Source: an uncultured Chloroflexia bacterium
GTDB lineage: Bacteria; Chloroflexota; Dehalococcoidia; UBA2247; RBG-13-53-26
DNA: 64,000 nucleotides
Direction: 5' to 3'
Assembly: GCA_963720375.1 (NCBI GenBank)
Contig: CAVRFM010000015.1
Coordinates: forward strand, 106,999 to 170,998
Of the stretch, positions 10,452-19,734 are shown piece by piece. The translations under genes and the position numbers were made by a program. The notes beneath the pieces are model-generated. The model saw only the letters and a program-made list of their open reading frames with translations. It was not told where the DNA came from and did not search any database. Position 1 is the first letter of the stretch. Each line of letters begins with the position of its first letter.

Positions 10452-10673
10452 ATGACAGAGTGGAATAAGTGTCCTGGCTGTGGTATCACAATTAAGGGTG
10501 GCTCGGATTATTGCCCCGATTGTGGCGAGCCGTGGAACATAAAATGTCCCGGTTGCGGCGTAACGCGGCGCTTCTGGGCGGCGAACAGGTTCTGTCCCGG
10601 TTGTGGGGCACCGGTGGGAAAGCGCGGCCTTACCACTAATAAGAAACAGAGGGGAGCAGCACCCGAAAGGTAG
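10452..10673 (+). CDS. Double zinc-ribbon protein
   Basis: Four CPxCG motifs in 73 aa; RBS GAAGGGGG. Confidence 0.8.
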   Translation: MTEWNKCPGCGITIKGGSDYCPDCGEPWNIKCPGCGVTRRFWAANRFCPGCGAPVGKRGLTTNKKQRGAAPER

Positions 10674-10720
10674 CGGTAAGTCGGGGCTATCTCTTCAAAC
10701 GAGCCTAGGATAGGTCAACG

Positions 10721-11413
10721 GTGAGGAAACTCTATCTTGTCCCCGTCATTCACATGAGCGCTGACATGGGGTCTCTCGCCGCCGCTTTGGATGAAAGGGC
10801 CACTGCGGAACTGGGGCAGGAATTGTGGCACGAGCATAAAGAAGTGGTCTCCGGCTTCTGGGAGTCTATTGCTCAGTTCTTCGCCCTGCTGGATGTCGGC
10901 GGTTTCAAGGTTTATCAGGATGGGCTTGTTGCCGATGGCGATGACGGCCTCAGGATCGTCAACCAGGGCGTCAAAGAGGGAAGCCGGAATTACGAGATTG
11001 TTTCACACCTTCTCCGAAGAGGGGCGACGTTGGTAAGGACGGAGGACATCTCTTTGGTCAAGAAGGAGTATGACTTTATTACGAAGATGGCTCAGGCCAA
11101 ATCGCTTCATCAAAGAGGGGTTGCATCTCTCAGGTACAGATTAGCTCGGGGTAGACTGTTAGAGCAAAGGGATAGTCTAATAGCGGCGAGGATCGCTGGA
11201 ACCCTGAAGGAAGGCGAGACAGGCATTCTCTTCATCGGAGCTTATCACCATGTTCTCCCCAAGCTGGCTGCCGACATCGAGGTGACCCAGGTCAAAGAGG
11301 TGGCCAAAGTCAGGGAGTATCATCAGTTGCTGGCTGGCCCGAGAAGACAGGGCAACCACGCCAAGCAACTTGCTGAGTACCTTATCTCACCGGTACCCGG
11401 TCCTTTGCCCTAA
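10721..11413 (+). CDS. Hypothetical protein at end of gvp operon
   Basis: 230-aa ORF co-oriented with the operon; globular alpha/beta-like motifs VPVIH, YQDG, LFIGAYH. Confidence 0.7.
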   Translation: MRKLYLVPVIHMSADMGSLAAALDERATAELGQELWHEHKEVVSGFWESIAQFFALLDVGGFKVYQDGLVADGDDGLRIVNQGVKEGSRNYEIVSHLLRRGATLVRTEDISLVKKEYDFITKMAQAKSLHQRGVASLRYRLARGRLLEQRDSLIAARIAGTLKEGETGILFIGAYHHVLPKLAADIEVTQVKEVAKVREYHQLLAGPRRQGNHAKQLAEYLISPVPGPLP

Positions 11414-11613
11414 CCCGGGTCCGAATCTGGTCATGCCAAATCGGCTTGGCCCTTTCGGCGCAGAGGGTCTACCGGAGCAAAGGACCAGGCCAACCTCAAT
11501 CAAATTGTCGTTGAAGAACCCTGCATCCTCAGTCACTGCCCACTCGGGCATCCGGTAAGATTTCCCCTCGTTAATTCGGTGAAGCTATTATCCCAGATGT
11601 AGCCAGGTGTAGT

Positions 11614-11642
11614 TTGACAAACCATATATGCGAGCATAGAAT
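11614..11642 (+). promoter_or_regulatory. Sigma70-type promoter
   Basis: TTGACA-N17-TAGAAT upstream of DUF151 gene. Confidence 0.7.
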
Positions 11643-11687
11643 GAAATTCAGCCTCATGCTGTACACGCTAGAGAGGTGGGGGGCCGA

Positions 11688-12251
11688 ATGATCGAGATGA
11701 GTGTTGATAGCATTCGCGTGAGCGTGATGAACTCTCAGCGAGTGGTGATATTGAAGGAGATGCAGGCAGACCGGTACCTGCCCATCTGGATTGGTCCTGC
11801 TGAGGCTGATGCCATAGCCATAAAGCTGCAGGGAGTCAATGTTCCCCGGCCGCTGACCCATGACCTGCTGTTTTCAATAATTGGCGCTCTGGGTGCCAAG
11901 GTCAACTATATTGTGGTTAACGACCTTGAGAATGATACCTTCTATGCCAGGATCAACGTTGACGTTAATGGTAAAGCCATTGAGATTGATTCTCGTCCCA
12001 GCGATGCCATTGCCATTGCCGTACGGGCCAAGTCGCGCATCTATGTTAACGAAGATGTCCTGGAAAAAGCGGGGATCGTTTTCGACCAGGAAACAGGCAA
12101 GCCGGTTCCCAGCTCCCAGTCAGGCAAACCAGGTGAGAAGAAGGGCTTAAGTGAAGAGGAACTGCGCAAGCTGTCAGCCTTCACTGATTTTATCGATACG
12201 CTCGATATGCATGACCTTGATAAGGACAAGGGAAAGAGCGAAGACAAATAG
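11688..12251 (+). CDS. Bifunctional nuclease (DUF151) family protein
   Basis: LPIWIGPAEADAI, PRPLTHDL, DSRPSDAIAIA. Confidence 0.93.
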   Translation: MIEMSVDSIRVSVMNSQRVVILKEMQADRYLPIWIGPAEADAIAIKLQGVNVPRPLTHDLLFSIIGALGAKVNYIVVNDLENDTFYARINVDVNGKAIEIDSRPSDAIAIAVRAKSRIYVNEDVLEKAGIVFDQETGKPVPSSQSGKPGEKKGLSEEELRKLSAFTDFIDTLDMHDLDKDKGKSEDK

Positions 12252-12269
12252 GTAGGTTCTGCTCAGACA

Positions 12270-12590
12270 ATGGATGAGAAACATGTGAAGAAGCTGCTCT
12301 CCAGTATGAAATGCGGGATATGCGGCTGCCAATATGACTCGGGAAACATCAGGATACTGGGACACAGAGAGGATCTGTGGTTCCTTTCCGTATTCTGCCC
12401 TTCCTGCAAGAGCCAGGGATTAGTGGCGGCTGTCGTAAAAGATGATGCCGCGTGCGAAGTGATTACGGAGCTTACTCAAAAAGAGATGAGAAGGCTTTCT
12501 GTCCCTGTAACCTCGGACGACTTGATAGATATATACGCTTTTCTGCAGGATTTCGACGGAGACTTCCGCTCCCTGTTTACTAAGAAATAG
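12270..12590 (+). CDS. Zn-binding hypothetical protein
   Basis: CGIC...CPSC; C-terminal FLQDFDGDF. Confidence 0.75.
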   Translation: MDEKHVKKLLSSMKCGICGCQYDSGNIRILGHREDLWFLSVFCPSCKSQGLVAAVVKDDAACEVITELTQKEMRRLSVPVTSDDLIDIYAFLQDFDGDFRSLFTKK

Positions 12591-12816
12591 ACGCTCCCTG
12601 GCGCTACTTTCCCTCCTTTTCTGTCTAACCCCGCCATCTACGTTCTTCTCTTATAGCGCTTTGCCCTGCGGCAACTCCTCGTTTTTCCGCGCGCCGTGCC
12701 CCGTGTCGTGCCCGGTGAGAACAGTGGTGCCCCCTTCTTTTTTGACACAGTAGGGCGGAGAATGGTAACCATATGCTATAAATCGGGGCAATTCTGACAA
12801 ATCTGGAGGTACTAAG

Positions 12817-14187
12817 TTGAGAGAGGAAAAGTACGATGTGGTCGTTGTGGGCGCCGGGATGGGTGGAATGTGCGCCGGTGCCTTGGCGGTTAAGGAGGGG
12901 TATAAGGCCCTTGTGGTTGAAAAACGGGGGCACATAGGAGGCAGGTTTTCCACCGAGGAGGTCGAGGGCTTCAAGCTGATGACCGGGGCGCCTTTTATAC
13001 ATCAATCGGGGTGGGTGCCGAAGGTGTGCAAGGAGGTGGGGGTGGAGATCGACCGTACCCCTTGTGTGGAGGTGTTCTACTGGGTGAAGGGCGTGGAGTA
13101 TAAGCTTCCCCTGCAGCACCGTATGAATGCCCTCTTTGAGATCTGCAACAGGATAGCCTCCAACAAGGCGAAGCTGATGGGCAATATCGTGAAGGAGATT
13201 GCCGGCCAGAAGATCATGACGAGCATCCACAGCGCGATAACTGAACCTGAGAAGTTGGGCTCTATCACGATCAAGGAGTGGCTGCTCCGTTACACGGACA
13301 ACGAGGACGTCCACGGGATATTCGACGCTATCTCTGTTGGTATGCTGATGGCGCACTCGTATGAGATACCGGTGTACAACTTCTTCCATTTCATGGCGAC
13401 CCAGAAGGGCTTCAATGATGTTGACCTTTCCACCTACGGTAACCTCGCCAACATGGAGAAGCTGGCCGGTGTGGTGAAGGCCAGGGGCGATGTGTGGACC
13501 AACTGCTCGGTGAAGAGAATCCTGGTGAGCAAAGGGACGGCCGCGGCTGTGGTCGTGGAGAAGGATGGCAAAGAGGTGGAGATACCCTGCAAGGTAGCCA
13601 TCAGCAATATCGGCATCAGAGAGACGGTGCAGCTCTCTGGAGAAGAGAATTTCACCGAAGACTACCTGGCCGATATGAGGGTGAAGATGAGGCCTGCCCC
13701 TATCACCATCATTCATATTGCCAGCGATCAGCCGCTCTGCATGGCCGGTGGAGAGGCCGGGGCTATGCTGGTGGCCAATGCCAGGAGGATTACGGATGCT
13801 ATCCCGCTGACGAATGCCTGTCCGGGGATGGCGCCGAAGGGTCAGCATTTGACCTGGGCCTGCGCTTCACCGCCGTCCGTTCTTTTCCCCATCGATCCTG
13901 AAGAGGAAGAGCGGCAGTGTCTGAAGGACATTGATATGGTCTTCCCTGACTGGAAGAAGAAGGGCGGACGCATCCTCAAAATGGAGGTCCGCAATATTGA
14001 CCACGATCTGCCCGAAGGGCGCACCTGGCTCGGGCCGGCGTACAATATGCAGCGTGAGACGCCGGTGAAGAACCTGTACAACGTGGGGGATGCCGTGTGT
14101 TCTCCGGGAATCGGCGGGACTTCGGGTTGTGCGGAAAGTGCCAGGCGGGTGATGGAATCGGTGAAAAAGCACATCAAGCCGGGGTAG
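12817..14187 (+). CDS. FAD-dependent oxidoreductase (phytoene desaturase-like)
   Basis: VVVVGAGMGG, EKRGHIGGR, C-terminal TPVKNLYNVGD. Confidence 0.85.
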   Translation: MREEKYDVVVVGAGMGGMCAGALAVKEGYKALVVEKRGHIGGRFSTEEVEGFKLMTGAPFIHQSGWVPKVCKEVGVEIDRTPCVEVFYWVKGVEYKLPLQHRMNALFEICNRIASNKAKLMGNIVKEIAGQKIMTSIHSAITEPEKLGSITIKEWLLRYTDNEDVHGIFDAISVGMLMAHSYEIPVYNFFHFMATQKGFNDVDLSTYGNLANMEKLAGVVKARGDVWTNCSVKRILVSKGTAAAVVVEKDGKEVEIPCKVAISNIGIRETVQLSGEENFTEDYLADMRVKMRPAPITIIHIASDQPLCMAGGEAGAMLVANARRITDAIPLTNACPGMAPKGQHLTWACASPPSVLFPIDPEEEERQCLKDIDMVFPDWKKKGGRILKMEVRNIDHDLPEGRTWLGPAYNMQRETPVKNLYNVGDAVCSPGIGGTSGCAESARRVMESVKKHIKPG

Positions 14188-14189
14188 CA

Positions 14190-14807
14190 ATGAGCATAGA
14201 ACTCGATCAGGTAATTCAGGATTTCGCAACTTGTCTGAAGAGGGTTGATGCCAAGCGACCGCAGGCGCTGAATGCACGGTCCAAAGAGCCGTTTCAACCG
14301 GGGATCGGGCCTCACAGCGAAGCTGAAGTCGTAGCCATGGTTGCGGATGATATGGCGCAGTTTGCCCCCAGTCTATACAAAGGGAAGCTGATTACTAACG
14401 TCCCTTATCCCGAATCCCCGCGCCAGAAATGCGACTTATGCATCCTCAGTGGGCCGATGAATGAATGGGCGATTGAGGTGAAAATGCTCCGGTTCTTGGG
14501 AGACAATGGCAAGGTGAACGATAATATCCTGATGCATATCCTGTCACCGTATCCAAATCACCGGAGCGCCGTTACGGATTGCGAGAAGCTTGCAACATCG
14601 TCGATTGCACTGAAGAAGTCTATCATGATCTATGGTTTTGACCATGATGAATGGCCCCTTGCCCCGGCCATCGAAGCCTTTGAGTCGTTGGCTTGTCTGA
14701 GGACAAGGATTGGTGTGAGAATTGTGGCCGAATTCAATGGACTCATTCATCCTATTCATGACAGAGGCAAGGTATACGCTTGGCAAGTAGAAGGCAAGGT
14801 GGCCTGA
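14190..14807 (+). CDS. Hypothetical protein, possible PD-(D/E)XK nuclease fold
   Basis: KCDLCI...WAIEVK pattern. Confidence 0.55.
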   Translation: MSIELDQVIQDFATCLKRVDAKRPQALNARSKEPFQPGIGPHSEAEVVAMVADDMAQFAPSLYKGKLITNVPYPESPRQKCDLCILSGPMNEWAIEVKMLRFLGDNGKVNDNILMHILSPYPNHRSAVTDCEKLATSSIALKKSIMIYGFDHDEWPLAPAIEAFESLACLRTRIGVRIVAEFNGLIHPIHDRGKVYAWQVEGKVA

Positions 14808-14833
14808 GGAAAACACAGACGCTTCGGAAGGTG

Positions 14834-15592
14834 TTACCTGGCGACCAGGCCGCCGTCCACGGCTAATGGATATCCGGTCACGAAGGACGCTTCATCCGAG
14901 CAGAGCCATAGCACTGCCGGAGCGATTTCTCCGGGTTCCCCGAGTCGCCCCATAGGTTCCATGGCTATATAGTTGGCCATTATTTTGGGTTTCTCATACA
15001 GCTTAGTGCCGAGTATGGGTGTGCGGATTATTCCGGGGCAGAGGGCATTGACCCGGATACCGGACGCAGCATAGTCAAGCGCCACTGACTTCGTAATGCC
15101 CACGACGCCGTGTTTGCTGGCACAGTAGGAGGACTGAGCAGGAAAAGCAATCAGTCCTGCCACCGATGCCATGTTGACAATGGCACCCTTGCCCTGCTTG
15201 AGCATCTGGGGAATCTCGTATTTCATGCAGAGGTATACGCCTTTGAGGTTGACTGCGATTACATGGTCCCAATGCTCTTCTGAGCTGTTGGCGATGAATG
15301 CCACGTCTCCGGCAATGCCAGCGTTGTTGAATGCGCAGTCCAGACGGCCGTAAGCATCAATAGTCTTTTGGACCATGACCTCAACTTCTGCTGCCTTCGA
15401 TACATCGGCCTTGATGAAGATGGCCTCACCGCCAGCGTCCTTGATCATCTTCAGCGTTTCCTCGCCGCCTTCAACTGCTATGTCGCCGATGGCAACCCTG
15501 GCGCCTTCCTTGGCAAATGCTACCGCAGTGCCCCGGCCAATTCCGGAGCTGCCACCGGTCACTAGGGCGACCTTACCGTCGAATCGTCTCAC
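14834..15592 (-). CDS. Short-chain dehydrogenase/reductase
   Basis: TGGSSGIG, NNAG, YCASK. Confidence 0.95.
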   Translation of the reverse strand: MRRFDGKVALVTGGSSGIGRGTAVAFAKEGARVAIGDIAVEGGEETLKMIKDAGGEAIFIKADVSKAAEVEVMVQKTIDAYGRLDCAFNNAGIAGDVAFIANSSEEHWDHVIAVNLKGVYLCMKYEIPQMLKQGKGAIVNMASVAGLIAFPAQSSYCASKHGVVGITKSVALDYAASGIRVNALCPGIIRTPILGTKLYEKPKIMANYIAMEPMGRLGEPGEIAPAVLWLCSDEASFVTGYPLAVDGGLVAR

Positions 15593-15673
15593 TTCATGAC
15601 CTCCACAGCTTTTTCTGATCGGCAGTATATGGCTTGGCCTGATCGTGCGTCAATTCGGGGACTGTTTGGCAGG

Positions 15674-15783
15674 TGGGGAGTGCAGAGGGGCAGAAGTTCC
15701 TCTGCAAGGGACTTGGGGGTATTCCCCACCCTTAAATGTCCCCAGGACTGGACTACAGGGGGTTGGAAGAATTGATAAACGAC
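15674..15783 (+). repeat. Dispersed palindromic intergenic repeat, copy A
   Basis: GGGAGTGCAGAGGGGCAGAAG...TTAAATGTCCCC...GGACTACAGGGGGTTG...TGATAAACGAC, also at 31856 and (reverse) 40879. Confidence 0.85.
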
Positions 15784-15918
15784 TGCTCAATTCGTGCAGT
15801 TGACAGGATTGTTGCGAAAGGGCAAACTCTCAGTGCGAACTCCTGAGGAGTTAGTTCGAAGTCGGCAACTTAAGGCAGTCTTCGAGGGATAGGCTCGCGG
15901 GTAGAAGGAGGGACATAA

Positions 15919-16728
15919 ATGTCATCGTCGCAGACCTTCAAGTCTAAGTACGGTCCCTGGGCGCTGGTAACGGGCGCGGCCCGGGGGATGGGCACGGAGT
16001 TTTCTTACCAGATTGCAGCGTTGGGGCTCAACCTGGTGCTGGTCGACATGCTTGCGGATGAGCTGGCAAAGGTGGCGGAAGAAACCCGGAAGAAGAGCAA
16101 TGTGGAGATCAGGACCGTAGTGGTGGACCTCTCGCGGCCGGATTTTGTGGAGACGATACGACAGCACACCCAGGACATAGAGGTAGCACTGCTGGTGAGC
16201 AATGCAGCGTATCCGCCGGTGGGGCTCTTCTTTGACCAAAGCCTGGAAGACAAGTTGAGGATGATAGAGGTAAATGTGCGGGCACCACTCATACTGGTGC
16301 AGGAGTTCGGGGCGAAGATGCTGGCACGTAAGCGCGGAGGGATCATTATGATTGCGTCAGCGTCTGCCCTGCAGGGGGTGCCTTATGTGGCTAGCTATGC
16401 CGCGACGAAAGCCTACAACCTGATTCTGGCTGAGAGCCTTTGGGACGAACTGCGTGAGCATGGCGTGGATGTGCTGGGGTTCATGCCGGGGGCGACACGC
16501 ACGACCGGTTTCGTGCTTTCGAAACCGAATATAGGGCGCACGGTAGCGACAATAATGGAGACTAAGCCGACAGTCGCCGAGGCCCTGAAAGCGCTGGGCA
16601 AGGCGCCGAGCCGCATCCCGGGAAGAAGGAACCGCTGGACCCTTCTAGTGGCGCAGAAGATATTGCCCCGGAAGCAGATGATCAAGCTGGTGGGGAGCAA
16701 CATGCGCCAATGGTATGGGAAGAAATAG
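15919..16728 (+). CDS. Short-chain dehydrogenase/reductase
   Basis: YGPWALVTGAARGMG, YAATK. Confidence 0.93.
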   Translation: MSSSQTFKSKYGPWALVTGAARGMGTEFSYQIAALGLNLVLVDMLADELAKVAEETRKKSNVEIRTVVVDLSRPDFVETIRQHTQDIEVALLVSNAAYPPVGLFFDQSLEDKLRMIEVNVRAPLILVQEFGAKMLARKRGGIIMIASASALQGVPYVASYAATKAYNLILAESLWDELREHGVDVLGFMPGATRTTGFVLSKPNIGRTVATIMETKPTVAEALKALGKAPSRIPGRRNRWTLLVAQKILPRKQMIKLVGSNMRQWYGKK

Positions 16729-16814
16729 AAGAAGTCTCTTAATGCAGGGACAGGTCTTAAGACCTGTCCCTGCATCTGGCCCTTTATCCGCGGATTAGGA
16801 TTCTCACTCATGTA

Positions 16815-16864
16815 TTGACAGAGGCGCAATGATGCGGTAGTATAATGAATGAACATTCAGTCAT
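16815..16864 (+). promoter_or_regulatory. Promoter and TetR-type operator
   Basis: TTGACA...TAGTATAAT overlapped by near-palindrome ATGAATGAACATTCAGTCAT. Confidence 0.65.
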
Positions 16865-16882
16865 TAATCTGAAGCTGGGGGA

Positions 16883-17509
16883 ATGGGAAGCCGGAACCGG
16901 AAGAAAGAACTCATCACAGAATACCGCAGGAAGCAGATACTCAATGCTGCACTGGCTGTTTTCTCCAGGAAGGGCTATGGCGAGGCTACCATACCCGATA
17001 TCGCTCGGGAAGCAGGGATCGCCGTCGGCACCATCTATAACTACTATCCGAGCAAGCGAGACCTGCTGGTGTCTATTCTCGCCAGCCACGTCCTCAGCGA
17101 GCCATTTTTGACGCTCATGGAGCAGCCGCCTGAAGCGGATGACAGTACGTTCTTCAGATCGCTGATTGAGGACCGCTTGACTCTGCTCAATGAGAACGCA
17201 GACAAGTTTCTTTTTATGCTCGGCGAGGCCTACCGCGATCAGGAATTCCGGCGGCAGTGGGCGCAGGGGGTGATTCAACCGGCCCTGAAGCGAGCGGAGA
17301 AATTCATGACCTCGAAGATGGACTCAGGCGCCTTTCGCCCCATGAATGCCAGCGTTATGGTGCGGGCACTGGCGGGGATGGCCATCGGCTTTGCAGTGCT
17401 GACTATGGTAGAGGGAGAAGCGAGCCCCTGCCGGGGGATTTCCATCAAAAAAATCGCGCCGCAGCTGGCAGACATTGTCCTGACTGGAGTTCGAGTGAGG
17501 GAGAGATGA
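16883..17509 (+). CDS. TetR/AcrR family regulator
   Basis: ILNAALAVFSRKGY...IAREAGIAVGTIYNYYPSK. Confidence 0.93.
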   Translation: MGSRNRKKELITEYRRKQILNAALAVFSRKGYGEATIPDIAREAGIAVGTIYNYYPSKRDLLVSILASHVLSEPFLTLMEQPPEADDSTFFRSLIEDRLTLLNENADKFLFMLGEAYRDQEFRRQWAQGVIQPALKRAEKFMTSKMDSGAFRPMNASVMVRALAGMAIGFAVLTMVEGEASPCRGISIKKIAPQLADIVLTGVRVRER

Positions 17510-17555
17510 TTCCCCTGAGAAACCGTGGGTGGAAGACCGGAAACGGAGCGATGAT

Positions 17556-18290
17556 ATGCAGTCTTTTGCCATCGAGACAAGGAGTCTGACCAAGAGATTC
17601 AGTTCGTTTGTGGCGCTGAACAATCTGAATCTGAGTATTGAGAAAGGGACTATCCACGGGCTGCTGGGCCCGAACGGCGCCGGTAAGACCACTGCTATCA
17701 AGATACTGTGCGGCTTGCTGAAGCCGAGCGGCGGCGAAGCATACATCTTCGGCAGGAAGGTACCGGATAGAAGCATTCTGTCCGAAATAGGATATATGCC
17801 GCAGGAAACTGCCCTCTATCTGGATCTGACTGTGCATGACAACATGGCGCTGTACGGTGAGCTCTTCGGCCTGTCGAGAACCAGGATCGCCGAGAGGGAG
17901 AAGGAATTGCTCGACTTCATTGCTTTGGAGAAATGGAGGAACGTGCTGGTGTCGAAACTGAGCGGCGGCATGAAACACAGGGTGTCGCTGGCGTGCACCA
18001 TGATACATGAGCCGAAGCTCCTTTTCCTGGACGAGCCTACTGTTGGCGTCGACCCGGAGTTGAGAGCTTCATTTTGGGACTACTTCGACCTGCTGAAGGA
18101 GAAAGGCGTTACGATTGTGCTGACAACGCACTACATGGACGAGGCCCAGCATTGCGACAGGATAGGGCTGCTGAGGCAGGGACTGCTCCTGGCGGAAGGC
18201 GCACCCGGTGAGGTTGTCCGGTCGGTCAATGCGACAAGCCTTGAAGAAGCCTTTCTGACACTGGCAAGGCGGGAGGATGCCAGAGCATGA
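17556..18290 (+). CDS. ABC-2 transporter ATP-binding protein
   Basis: GPNGAGKT, LSGGM, LDEPT. Confidence 0.95.
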   Translation: MQSFAIETRSLTKRFSSFVALNNLNLSIEKGTIHGLLGPNGAGKTTAIKILCGLLKPSGGEAYIFGRKVPDRSILSEIGYMPQETALYLDLTVHDNMALYGELFGLSRTRIAEREKELLDFIALEKWRNVLVSKLSGGMKHRVSLACTMIHEPKLLFLDEPTVGVDPELRASFWDYFDLLKEKGVTIVLTTHYMDEAQHCDRIGLLRQGLLLAEGAPGEVVRSVNATSLEEAFLTLARREDARA

Positions 18291-19432
18291 ATATTCGCAG
18301 GGCCTTCACCGTCACCAAACGGATTTTCAGGGGTCTAAAAAACGATAAGCGCACAGTCGCCTTGATGTTCTTAGCGCCGGTTGTTGCCGTGTTAGTGTTT
18401 GGCGTGGCATTCAGCGGCGACATAAAAGACGTGGCTGTGGTCGTGGTCAACCAGGACGCGGGGGCAAGCGCCCCCGGCTCCAATGTCACCGTATCCGTTG
18501 CGGATAGGATCGTAGCCAACTTCGATGAGGAAGTCCTAAAGGTGGACAAGGTTGCTGATATTGAGGAAGGTGTCCGCCGTGTGGAAAAAGGTGAAGCCTA
18601 CGCAGTGATCATCTTCCCGGAGGATTTCTCCCAAAACATCTTTATGAGAATGCAAGACCCGTCCTCTTCGGCCAGCACCACGATTCAGGTGAGAGAGGAC
18701 AGGAGCAATGTCAATGTGGCTAATGCCATAACCAAGGGCGTCAGTGATGCTGTTCTCAAGACAATGCAGGAGGCCGGACAGGAGTCCCCTGTAACGGTGG
18801 ACACAGAAGATGCTATCTATGCTAAGGGCGCCAAGTACATCGATTTCTTCGTCCCCGGTATCATGACTTTTGTAGTGTTTTTCCTTACTACCCTCCTCAC
18901 TCTCATATCCTTTGTCGGAGAGCGGACCTCGGGAAACCTGGAAAGGTTGCAGGCTACACCGCTGAGAGAGAGCGAGGTGGTCGCAGGATATACCATCGCT
19001 TTCGGCATCATAGGCATGTTGCAGGCTATTGTACTCCTGACCATAGGTGTCACGGTTTTCCACATCATGATAGTGGGGAATATAATACTGGCGTTTGTGG
19101 TCATCGCCGTGCTGGCTGTGGTCAGCCTCAGCCTGGGGATACTGCTCTCCAGTCTGGCGAAGAAAGAGGCGCAGGCGGTGCAGTTCTTTCCCCTCATAGC
19201 GCTGCCCACGTTCTTGCTGGCGGGGATTTTCTGGCCTATTGAGGCGATACCTCAATGGTTGAGGCCGCTCTCGTATGCGATTCCTCCGACATATGCTGTG
19301 GATGCCACACGCTGGGTTATATTGAGGGGGTGGGGTTTCAGCCGCATCTGGGTGGACATTGTGGCGCTGTGCGGATTTGCAGCCGCTTTCCTGGGTCTGG
19401 CGGTCTTCTCCCTGAAAAGAGGCCGGCAGTAG
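18287..19432 (+). CDS. ABC-2 transporter permease
   Basis: N-terminal TM, extracellular domain, C-terminal TM bundle with ERTSGNLERLQATPL. Confidence 0.92.
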   Translation: MNIRRAFTVTKRIFRGLKNDKRTVALMFLAPVVAVLVFGVAFSGDIKDVAVVVVNQDAGASAPGSNVTVSVADRIVANFDEEVLKVDKVADIEEGVRRVEKGEAYAVIIFPEDFSQNIFMRMQDPSSSASTTIQVREDRSNVNVANAITKGVSDAVLKTMQEAGQESPVTVDTEDAIYAKGAKYIDFFVPGIMTFVVFFLTTLLTLISFVGERTSGNLERLQATPLRESEVVAGYTIAFGIIGMLQAIVLLTIGVTVFHIMIVGNIILAFVVIAVLAVVSLSLGILLSSLAKKEAQAVQFFPLIALPTFLLAGIFWPIEAIPQWLRPLSYAIPPTYAVDATRWVILRGWGFSRIWVDIVALCGFAAAFLGLAVFSLKRGRQ

Positions 19433-19734
19433 ATGGAGGGAGTCTGCCCTGCTGTCTCCATAGATTCAAATTCAATTTATTTGACTATCCTGCATTCTTA
19501 GACTAGCATTTCTAGTATCGGCGGCTGGCGGTGAATTGTGGCCGCGCCGTGGAAAGCGCCTTTGACACCAAGTTTCATGGTGATTCCATAGACCTGATTC
19601 TCTGAGCACAGGAAAATCCACTATCTGAGGTGGATTTTTTCTGTATTTTGCACTTGGTTTGATGATAGAGAAGGCAGTCCTGTCGATGGTTGGGTCAGGT
19701 ACTGGCTGCTGCATATAGAAAGGAGCTTCACTTG

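Noticed and set aside
12625-13848. Long antisense ORFs (this 407-aa one, also 19621-20733, 2434-3198, 45943-46674)
   Set aside because: Shadows of well-supported opposite-strand genes, without motifs
15800-15910. c-di-GMP-I riboswitch (GGCAAAC seen)
   Set aside because: Remaining consensus elements are absent
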